A stretch of DNA of 33,378 nt, taken from assembly GCA_013115145.1 (NCBI GenBank), contig JAAPAO010000395.1, positions 1-33,378 on the forward strand, in the 5' to 3' direction. How positions within the stretch are numbered: the stretch's first letter is position 1; each line of letters opens with the position of its first letter. Source of the DNA: Perkinsus chesapeaki ATCC PRA-425. Taxonomy: Eukaryota; Protista; Perkinsozoa. A program made the position numbers and the translations under genes. Under the pieces are notes generated by a model, which was not told the DNA's origin, did no database searches, and was given only the letters and a program-made list of their open reading frames with translations. Below, piece after piece: positions 21,496 through 30,927 of the stretch.

Positions 21496-23970
21496 CTACT
21501 CCGTCACTGTTCTGGTTTGCTCATTGGCACCGGTCGGCGCCGCTGTCTCTGTCCAGTGCTTGAGGCTCTTCACATCAAACTTAACAACATTATCAGTGCT
21601 ACCAACCAGGGGTAAGGTCATGATGGCATCCCTAGTTGGGAAGAGTACCGCGGTGCTTGTATGGGCCCTGGAGGTTACATGCTCGATGAGTTGGCCCAAT
21701 CCTTGACACCCATTCTTGCACAGGACGCACGAGAATCTCTCAGAGTTGGCCTCATCGATACCATATTTGCTCAAAGTATCCCATAGCCTGGCCCGCTGCT
21801 CAAACAGCACAGTCTCCGAGGCATTGTCCGACCTGAGCAGGCCAGCAGCAGCAGCTGTCGGCCTTGAGTAGCGATGGTCATCACGACGGTCCTCAGTCGG
21901 TCGAGAGTCACGGAATGGATCTTTAATTCTGCCACCTCGACCAAAGCGTTCGAGGTGACGTAGGAACTCGTTAAATAAGGGGAAGTTCTCCCTATCACCA
22001 CGGATCTGCGACCTAAGATACCAATTATTCGTAAAATAAATAGCAAATGCCTCCTTACCCGTCCTCCCCTTTAAAGAGTCCCTTCTGTATAATCTCTATG
22101 TGGGCTGGTATTGCCAGCTCTAGCTCTTGTATTTTCTCATCTGTAATTGTCGGGCAGCTCTGAGACCCAGCAGATATGAAGCTCCTATATCCCTCGACCC
22201 ACCCTGGACTTCTCCAAAGCAGCTACCCAGGCCTTATCAACTTTCTCAGCCTTCAATACTGCCACTTTAACAGCAATCCTTTGACCCCAAAAATCAACGT
22301 ATCTACGGCGGGCCAGGTGAATGATATCTTCTCGATCCAGTTACGTGTTCTCCTCTTTTTCCTCCTCAGAGGCTCTGACCATCGTCACCGCGATGCCCAC
22401 TGGTTCAAGTGCTCGTGTTTTCCATAAAACTCCAGAGTGCGGTAGACGAAGATACTCTCCATCACACGGCAGGAGTTGTCGAGTGAAGTTTATGAATCTA
22501 ATGATAAGATATCATCTATTGGCCGCCGCTGCCGGTGGTATCAGCAGCAGCCTACTTGGCAACGGTCTGGCCGAGCTTCGGATGCGGCCAGGAATATACA
22601 CACCTCACAATGCCACTGGGGATCCTTTTCTCAGGAGGGTGGTAGCCCTCCGGCCAGCGTGGAGTGGTCAACCCGAGCTCAGGCAGATCCTCCTCCTCAC
22701 TCTTGTCCTGTGGTTGGCTAGGCGGCGGCGCCGGCTTGGCTGGCTTCTCTGGGATAGTGTCGAGGCGACTGGGGCCGAGCTGTCCTTTCGGTGGCTTCGT
22801 ATCCTCTACGAACTCTTCCCTCCTAGTAGCCGCCGGTGCTCTGGAACTACTACTGACTTTGTGCCTCACCGAATCCAGGTCAGCCTGGCACGGCACGTCG
22901 GCCTCGGGCTCAAAGTCTGGAGGCATCTGCTGTGGAGATCTCGCCAATGGTGACAGGGTCCCCTTCTCCCGTGGGATCTGCCGATCTTCTTGACTAGCGT
23001 TTCCTGGAATAGGTCCATCTTGCTGATGATGGCGATCCACATAGATAGCGTTATCGAATGTCGACTGCTGCGGTGGCGGTGGGAGCCGCGGCCCGTCTCG
23101 AGCACCGCCCCCTATCTCCGAGTTCAAGTTCTGCCGTATAGGGATTGTGCCTCCCTGTTGGCGCTCATATCTCTGTTGTTCCGGTAGCAGTCTCCTATTA
23201 GGTAGAGGTTCACGGTAGTCATAATAGCCAGCCACGTCATCGGTATAAGGATATTGCGATGGTTGTGGAGGCGGAGGAGGCCTTGGAGCTGATGACGCAT
23301 AGCTATACCGGGGGCCTTCATAGGTAGTAGAGTATCTATCAGACTCAACTGTGTACTCAGAGTACCCCCCTACTGAGGGATGAGAGTAAGGAGGAGGAGG
23401 AGGCTCCTGGATTCCACGGAGGACAGGTGCTGCTCGACGATACGTTTCATCCAGACTCGGTTGAGATCCTGTGTACGAGTAGTAGCTCGAAGTTGCGGGT
23501 ACCTCTCGAGAACTATAACCACCGTAAGGTCGCTGTACATCAGGCCTTGAATAGTCCTCATAGTAATAGTAATCGGCCTCTCGGTAGCGAGATGGCTGGC
23601 CCAGAGTTGGTGAGGGTTCTCGAGTGCCTTCCAGTGCAACAGCATCATACCGTCCACTTGTCGCTGCTTCTTGCCTGCCTATCCACCCATTCGACGAACC
23701 TCCAGGTCCATCATGTCTCCCCTGATGATACTCTAAACGTGAAGGCTCGCCCCCAGTTGGGTAGAGCGGTCGAGGCTGTGGGTCCGGTGGCATCGGGGGT
23801 GGCCTTGTAGTAGGCTTCGGAGGCCTACGAGGCGCTCCTTGCTGGAGGTCAGTGGAGCCCAAAGGCCTTATAGAGGGACGGGAGTCTGGAGGCTGGAAAC
23901 AGTCCATCCTAGGACGTCCAGTGGCGTCCAGCACACGGCCATTACACTCACCAACGGCCGAATGCCTCAT
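21496..23970 (-). CDS. Pro/Tyr-rich low-complexity protein with a U1/matrin-type C2H2 zinc finger (multi-exon; 3' end may extend further)
   Basis: A 1.4-kb first exon (22552-23970) joins by in-phase 42-58 nt introns to TVAK/FINFTRQLL...ENT/YVDFWGQ.../...GEDG/SQIRGDRENF...; motif CVLC-x12-H-VTSRA-H. Confidence 0.7.
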
Positions 23971-25396
23971 AAGCTGATGGTAATGCCCCTTTGATGACTC
24001 AAGTCGAACTCAATTACAATGGTAAATAGATACCGCTCCTTCATACTAGACATGGCTTCAACTCACCTTTAATGGGTACAATTCTACAGTACAAAGATTC
24101 CCCGGAGGTTAACAGCTGTAAGACTGCCGGCCGGCCGGCGGCGTTCCTCCCGTAAATGTCCATAGATCTTTCACACAATTAGTGCATCATAAACCGGCTA
24201 GCATCCACTTCGATCGAATATAATCTGCTACTGTATAAAAGGGAGGTTACGTATTCAGAGAAGGCCCCACGTGTACAGTAGTAGGAAATACGCAAGCCAC
24301 AGGTTGCATCGCTCCGCCGATTTTTCAAAATTTCTACCCGAATCTTGCTCCTTATTACAACTTCTCCCAATAGCGTTTGACACTACTACCTCCATTGACT
24401 AGGTGCATTTGCCCTATATTTTTGCCCTCGGAGCTATAGTGCTTAACGACTAGCTTACCGTATCAGTCAATAAAGCAACGCTAGCGTCATCATTTGAGTA
24501 CTTCAGCAGTAGGGTTAGACATTGTGGCTCGTAGAGACCATATCGCTCCACAAATTTACAAGCTCACTTTCTCACCGTATTTTTGTCAACTCGCCTTCAA
24601 ACAAGGTATTTCTCTAAATCGATTATTACCATAGCGAGGGGTCTAGATTGCCCACAAATAACGAAATGTGGCTTCAGATTGCATTACTATCGTCCGCTAT
24701 CTCTCTCCCTAATGGACGACACTTCCCCTTCTGCAAGCTCCTCCTGTACAGAGATGTCCACAGGCGGGCTTTCCACCGTTTCTACCCCGACGATGGCCCT
24801 GCGTTTGCCTACACTAGGCCTCGCTTCTCCTACTGTAGAGCTTGAGAGTGATTATATTGACGAAAGTACGGTTGCCGTCTTTGTCACGTCAAGCCACTTG
24901 AATCATTTTAGGCGACACTCGTTCAAGACGATCAGCGGAGTGTTCATGGCAGCCTTACCATCGATCGCTCTGGGGCCTTGATCGACCTTATCATAGAGAT
25001 CTTGCCACACAACAGGAGCAGCAGGAAAAGAAGAGGAGATTTGTTTCATCTGATGTACCATCTGTTAAATACAGTTATCCCATTGAAGAACCCATGAGAA
25101 TCAAACGCCGAGCCGTGAAGCATCATCAGGACCAATAAGTCCTTGTACATTCCATAACCTTGGACAGTTCCTCTCATTATCGAGTCACATTCCTATCAAG
25201 GCTTTTATGCCATTTTGCTGTGTATTACCAGTATTCGAACTCCCACCAACTGTAAACCTTCTGCCAATGCTACTATCCATTATATTCTCGTCACATTATT
25301 GCGCTTGTTTCTCTTCGTCTACGGTTGCTGTCTCATCCCTCCTGCCCCTTGTGTTTCACCACACGATACAGCCCCTCTATCCCAGTATAATTTAAC

Positions 25397-26548
25397 ATGG
25401 CATCTCTTTCCTCATTCTATGTGCCTTTTGAGGCGACTCCTACTATTGATATCAACTATCGGCAATTACCGCCATTACCATGGCGTAAGCTTCCCAGTGA
25501 AGTCCTCGGTAAGATTCTGTACTTCCTGGACCCCTTAAGAGACTGGCTAACTCTTGCCCAGAGCGGTGACCCTTTCCGTGCCCTCCTATACAACGGTATT
25601 TACCATGTTGAGTGCATTACATTGAGAATCGATCACAGCATATCTAACGACTGGCTCAAGCAGATCATTGAAGCTTATAGTTCCCGAGTGACCGAGGTTT
25701 CCTTGCTGGAGACCGGCAGTATCTCCCGTAGGCTATGGCCTGTCATTACTACTCTCGACAACTTGGAGACATTGTGCCTTCGAGACTTGCCAGCTCTACC
25801 TATCGGTGCCTTCAGTAAGGTAACTCGGTTTGAATACAAGCAAGCGATCCCGCCGGATACATGGCAGTCTCTTACCAGCTTCATCGAGTCCCTTCCAAAC
25901 CTCAACGTGCTTCACTTGATGGCTAACATCTCCGGTACACCATCGGCATCCAGCTGGATTGACCGTCCCCTCCAAGAGCTCCATGTTGACGCCTGGTGCT
26001 TTCAACCCGAAATTAATAAGCAACTTTACGATGATATAGTGAAATGCATCAATAAATCGCAGTTAACTCTTACTACCTTCTCCTACTCAAACCAGGTATG
26101 TGGTGACACGGACGCTCTCATGGGCGCATTAAGTGCTTGCAAGGCTCTGAGGCGTCTATCGCTCTCGAGCGTCGGCACCTTGCTTGAAGCCATCGTTGAG
26201 CTAGGCAACGATGGGTCTTCGAATCTAGAACACCTCTCTTTGAACTGCACCGCTGTGATCGGCGATGGTGGATCTTTCGCGAAATGGCTTGAAGGCTGTC
26301 AGCGCCTCAAAAGCCTCAGTCTGTATATGTACCGTGGCGATCCCCAACTAGTTCTTGCCGTGGTCACACCCGCGCTGAAGAAGTTGGTCAGTCTACAATA
26401 TCTGAGTATTGAGGGCTTCGACATGCCCGCTGAAGGCTGGTGGACAGTGGCAGAGTCTCTGCCCCGTTTGAAAGGTGTCTCCCTATGGGGAACTGCCCCA
26501 CCTGGCCTATTCGATGCTCACCCTCAGTTTCTTGTTTCATGGAGGTAG
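25397..26548 (+). CDS. F-box + LRR-like protein, intronless, 383 aa
   Basis: F-box-like WRKLPSEVLGKILYFLDPLRDWLTLAQSG; repeated LxxLxL units (LDNLETLCL, LPNLNVLHL, LRRLSL, LKSLSL, LQYLSI). Confidence 0.8.
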   Translation: MASLSSFYVPFEATPTIDINYRQLPPLPWRKLPSEVLGKILYFLDPLRDWLTLAQSGDPFRALLYNGIYHVECITLRIDHSISNDWLKQIIEAYSSRVTEVSLLETGSISRRLWPVITTLDNLETLCLRDLPALPIGAFSKVTRFEYKQAIPPDTWQSLTSFIESLPNLNVLHLMANISGTPSASSWIDRPLQELHVDAWCFQPEINKQLYDDIVKCINKSQLTLTTFSYSNQVCGDTDALMGALSACKALRRLSLSSVGTLLEAIVELGNDGSSNLEHLSLNCTAVIGDGGSFAKWLEGCQRLKSLSLYMYRGDPQLVLAVVTPALKKLVSLQYLSIEGFDMPAEGWWTVAESLPRLKGVSLWGTAPPGLFDAHPQFLVSWR

Positions 26549-26699
26549 ATGTCCCTAAAGGGGCTTTAGTAGTCTCTATTATATTTTCTTGAATTCTTCT
26601 TCACTTCATGGCCTCAGTGGCTCTCTGATATCTCAGTGTGATTCTGCCCCCGGTTGTTGTGTTCAGTAGTCTTTTGAAGTACTCCTCTAGTCCTTTTCG

Positions 26700-28142
26700 A
26701 TGCCATCAAATGGCCGAAGACGCAAACGATACAGAAAGGCCGAGTCTGGCGGTGACGGATCATTCTTCAAGCGAATGCAGCGGCTCAGCCACCAATACGA
26801 GCCATCGTCGGCTTCCCTCGAGACGGCCTTGCGAGAAATCCTTCCCCAGCCCTCCCGGAAGGTCGTGAAGCCCCGTCGGCCGGCCCCTCCGAATCTGCTC
26901 TCGTGGCTCCCCATAGAGACCATCGACTTAGTGACGTCATTTCTACCACTCGTTCCCGACATACTCAACCTTCAGTGTATCTGCCAACGCTACAGTAATC
27001 TAGCCTCCAGGATGAGTTATGCCCTTGAAGATGTGGCTCTACCGGGTAACGTGAGATCCTGTTCCCACTTCCAGCGTGTCATGGCCATCATTTCGGCTCA
27101 TGTCAAGCGACTGGCCTGCGGATCAGAAGGAGTAACCAATCCTCTGGTTTGGTCGGCGGTCTCGACAGGGTTGCCTCCGATGCCCAAGCTGGAGCACTTA
27201 GAGCTCTTTGAACTGCCTGACAGACTCTCTACTACAAGGCTCAAGTTCCCGCCCGCCTTCAGCTCCTTTAAGTATGCGGGTACAAATCCTATCAATTGGG
27301 ACACCCTCTCCCGGTTCATCCGTGCAGTTCCGTCGTTGAGCTCCCTCGAACTGCAAGGCGTCGCTTTAGGCGCCCCAGGAGATTCTAGGTGGCTGTCGAA
27401 GGATGGGGGCTGGCGGAAGCTAGTCATCGGCGTCACCCTTCAAGACGCTCGGCAAGGCATTATTGTCGGCAACTCTTCCAGACGGCAGAGGGCAGTTGGC
27501 GACCTCTGCGATAGCGTCTCCTCCGCACTGGAAGCGTCAAAATCTACTCTGATGGAATTCGGGTTCAAGGAAGTGTGCACAAGGGGAATGTTGGACGCCT
27601 TACGAGGCTGCCAATCACTTGTAAAACTACAACTGACAATTAATAGGCAACGTGCCAGTGAACTAGTACCCCTTCCTGGATACGATACCCTGCGGAGCCT
27701 GCGCCTCGCCTTCCCCCTACCAGACGACACCACCAGGCGTGAGAGAGCCATGATGGACAGATCGGTCGACGATGTAGTGTCCAGTCTGTCGGCTTATCAA
27801 TCACTTCGACATATTGCGCTCGATGGTTGCAACACCCCACTGGAGCTGTCTCATGTCTCGATGAATGCCCTCGGCGGGTTGATGCTAGAGTCACTGGAGC
27901 TTCGAGATGTCCTTGTTATTCTGGGAGAGTTAGAGGAGCTCGAGGGGCTGGCACTCAGGACTCTGAGACATTTTACCATCACGGGACCATTACGGGAGAA
28001 GCCGGACACTTATCGGCTCCTTCGAGAGTCATGCCCAAAGTTGAGGACACTGACTGTGTCACTGTCCGACTTTACTCCCGGTCCTGTCGTCTATGATGAG
28101 ATAAGGCTGCTCCGGAGTAGTAGCGGCGTCAGAGTCCTTTGA
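26700..28142 (+). CDS. F-box + LRR-like protein, intronless, 480 aa
   Basis: F-box-like LSWLPIETIDLVTSFLPLVPDILNLQCICQRY; LxxLxL units (LEHLEL, LSSLEL, LVKLQL, LRSLRL, LESLEL, CPKLRTLTV). Confidence 0.8.
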   Translation: MPSNGRRRKRYRKAESGGDGSFFKRMQRLSHQYEPSSASLETALREILPQPSRKVVKPRRPAPPNLLSWLPIETIDLVTSFLPLVPDILNLQCICQRYSNLASRMSYALEDVALPGNVRSCSHFQRVMAIISAHVKRLACGSEGVTNPLVWSAVSTGLPPMPKLEHLELFELPDRLSTTRLKFPPAFSSFKYAGTNPINWDTLSRFIRAVPSLSSLELQGVALGAPGDSRWLSKDGGWRKLVIGVTLQDARQGIIVGNSSRRQRAVGDLCDSVSSALEASKSTLMEFGFKEVCTRGMLDALRGCQSLVKLQLTINRQRASELVPLPGYDTLRSLRLAFPLPDDTTRRERAMMDRSVDDVVSSLSAYQSLRHIALDGCNTPLELSHVSMNALGGLMLESLELRDVLVILGELEELEGLALRTLRHFTITGPLREKPDTYRLLRESCPKLRTLTVSLSDFTPGPVVYDEIRLLRSSSGVRVL

Positions 28143-28258
28143 TGATGATGAGATTGTCCATTATTAAGTGTTATAATTGTTGTAAGTTTCACTGCATGAA
28201 ATAATAGAGTTAGAGTTCGCATAATAGTATGGACAATACCGCTTACTAATAGCAATAA

Positions 28259-28724
28259 ATGGCCCCTAGACGGTTCACCCATGAGGAGGCACAGGAGAGG
28301 GTCTGCCGGTGGTGTGGCTGTAGAGGCAAGGTACCCGTAAGTGTCCTGCTCCCCGACAGGTGTATTCAGTTGATGCATAGCACTCGGGTCGATATGTACT
28401 ATCATACCCTTGCTGCCATTGGAGCTGATGTTACTAAGGATGATCCACACTTTCATCCATATAATATATGTGTTGGATGTGCCAATGTTATTAGACGGGT
28501 AGGAAAGACACTTGGAGGGCCGGGCTCAGAGATCAGAAATCCATCGGGCTCGACGAAGGTCCTTTATAGAGCTCGTAGAGGGCTAGAATCTAGGGTAACT
28601 TATAGGCCCTTTTGGGCTTTCCGAGAGAGGATACACTTTCCATGGGGATCATCTTACGGACTTCCTTGCAGTGCTCGAGTGCTTAGAACCAATGAACCCT
28701 GGCAAAACGCAGAATCTTGTTTGA
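28259..28724 (+). CDS. Chapa/RAG1-N-terminal-like zinc-finger mini-gene, copy 1 (second CxxC degenerate)
   Basis: Exons 28259-28330, 28370-28498, 28537-28558, 28606-28724 (last two tentative): H-EEAQERV-CRWCG ... IGADVTKD-DPHF-HPYNICVGC. Confidence 0.7.
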
Positions 28725-28847
28725 CTGTAATATGATTAATTATAGGTGTAATATTGCGTGAGATAGGGATTGGAAATCTCACTATATCATTTATAATTAT
28801 GAAACTGTTCACCTTGTTTGTATAGCTACATGTTCCTCAGTGTCGCC

Positions 28848-29111
28848 TCACCGGACCGAAAGATTGCCTTCGTGACCTTCCAGAACAGGTTGATTGGGGT
28901 AAACCAGTGGAGAGTGATAGTACCAAATCCCATCGGCAAGAATGCATGGTTTGTAGGGCAATGGCCCAGAAGAGTTTGCGATACATATGATGTGTTTCCT
29001 GCTCATCTGGCTTAGTGGATTGGAGTTGTCTTCAATTTCTCTTGTCAGCCGCAAAAGAGGTTTCAAGACCTCCCTACACTTCGATACCAACGCTCTGTCA
29101 CCCAGGCGCAT
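28848..29111 (-). pseudogene. Possible hAT-transposase-like fragment
   Basis: DRALVSKCREVLKPLLRLTREIE has the spacing of the hAT-type helix motif (W)xxLxxLxxxLxPFxxxTxxLE; there is no long ORF. Weak support. Confidence 0.25.
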
Positions 29112-29293
29112 TTGCCTAATACCTCCTTCAGGCGGGTATCACAATCCTTTCATCGATGAATCGTAATATAGTAGAACTGCTAGGTTTAGTAATTTACGCT
29201 GGTATCTATCTTCACGTGCTGCTGCATTCGTTGTATATCTTATCCAAAGCACAGCGAAGGACGTTCAGCTCAGTTTTTAAATCTTTCATTAGG

Positions 29294-29788
29294 ATGCCAG
29301 TGGGCATGAGCCATGCCATGGCTCAACAGCAGGTGTGTCGTTGGTGTGGAGCTCGACGGCGGAAAGGTGGGAAAGTGCGTTACCCATTCAAGACCTCTGC
29401 GTGCTTCCACCTCGGTCACATTTAGGGAATGTCTGCAGTCGACGATTTCGAAGTGATCCTTAAAAAGTGTGGGTATAACATATACCACGATAATGAGTAT
29501 TACCATCCCAAGAAGATATGCCAGAAGTGTCGAGTGGTCCTTGTTATGGTATGCCTTCTTTTTTGTGACGTGTCTATTTACTTTAATAATCTAATCAGAA
29601 CATAGACGACCCCGAAGCATGCCTGCACAATCTGCCGCCGCTGGTGGACTGGGGGGCTCCGAAGGAGCAAATAAAGGACCACTCGAAGTGTCGTGTATGT
29701 CTGGCCGCCTTGGGCAAATTGGAAGGTGCGTTCCTCAAGTTGCTTGTATCGATTCAAATCCTTCGCAGGTGTGAGGCCGTCTGACTGA
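29294..29788 (+). CDS. Chapa/RAG1-N-terminal-like zinc-finger mini-gene, copy 2 (complete motif)
   Basis: Exons 29294-29374, 29426-29548, 29599-29725, 29769-29788: H-AMAQQQV-CRWCG ... D-NEYY-HPKKICQKC ... LVDWGAPKEQIKDHSKCRVCLAALG. Confidence 0.8.
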
Positions 29789-29977
29789 TCGACTTCACCG
29801 CGGCTCAATGCTTATTCGTTTCTATCTCTTCGTTGTGTGTTGGAAGTTGTGGTATGATATAGCAAGGGAAATATCCCTTAGTCTGCCGAGCAACCTTCGC
29901 GACTGTCCTCAATCGATCGATTATCATTCCCCACATTAACCCCTCCCTAGAGGAGTGTTGGTATTATTATTATCAGC

Positions 29978-30396
29978 ATGGTTCTTTCCCATGAGAAGTC
30001 CCGTCATCGAGTGTGCCGATGGTGCGGCATGACCAAATGGCGAGGCTGGGTTAGTAACCTATCCAAGAGGTCTCTACTCCTTCCTTTAGCGTATGGACTA
30101 TGTATGCTACTTCAAGGATGATCTCAAGCTGCTCGGCATCGACATCGATTCTCCCAAAGAGAAGCTGCTACCAACTAGAATATGTCGCATTTGCCGTATG
30201 TGCTTCCAAGAGGTGAATCCTACCAATGCTCTTAACCTTCTTCGGACTGGTTTTTCAGTACCCCCACGACGCGGAAGGATTCGTTCGGCACGGTCGGGTA
30301 CCAGTTGATTGGACTCCGGTGTACCGGGACGAGCCCGGGGTCGATCATTCGAGATGCAAGGTGTGTTGCGCTGCAAGAGGGCAGCTCGTGAAATAG
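29978..30396 (+). CDS. Chapa/RAG1-N-terminal-like zinc-finger mini-gene, copy 3
   Basis: Exons 29978-30049, 30090-30212, 30259-30396: H-EKSRHRV-CRWCG ... LGIDIDSPKEKLLPTRICRIC ... PVDWTPVYRDEPGVDHSRCKVCCAARG. Confidence 0.8.
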
Positions 30397-30927
30397 CATC
30401 CTCAGCTACTTCATGCTACTGATGAGACTGTGTTTCCGTTATTCACAGTGTACTTGCGCTACTGCAGTTGGATCTATCCAGCGGGTCGATTGCTGAGTGG
30501 AAGATAATTGTGTGTAACCGTGGCTAGTTTGTAGGGTATACTTTAATTACTCATCGTGGCGGACTCTCCCGAACCTGAGAGCCCACGGTAGCAAATGCCT
30601 CGTTTGTGTTTTGACTCGGTTCACAGAGCCAGAGTCATAATTGTCATTTGTGGTAGTAGGTCCGATGTATCGGACGTCCAACTTATCGAAGATAACCCAA
30701 GCGTGACCGCGTACTCCACTCAACATGTAACCATGGTCTACTGTGTGTCACCAATGAGCATATCCGATAGGTAACATGGCACGTTTCATCGGCAACACAT
30801 GGTGAGGCGATAGACCCCATTGAGCCTGGTAATCAACCCTAGCGGAAGGCAATCCCATCCGGCCTCGTCAGGGTCCCCAATTCTAGTGTCACCGGTAACA
30901 ATCCATTCCCCTCGTCCACATAACATG

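Noticed and set aside
28259-30396. An intact RAG1/Transib/Chapaev transposon
   Set aside because: No catalytic core ORF, RING domain, RSS-like CAC ends or TIRs are visible, and each gene stops right after the zinc module.
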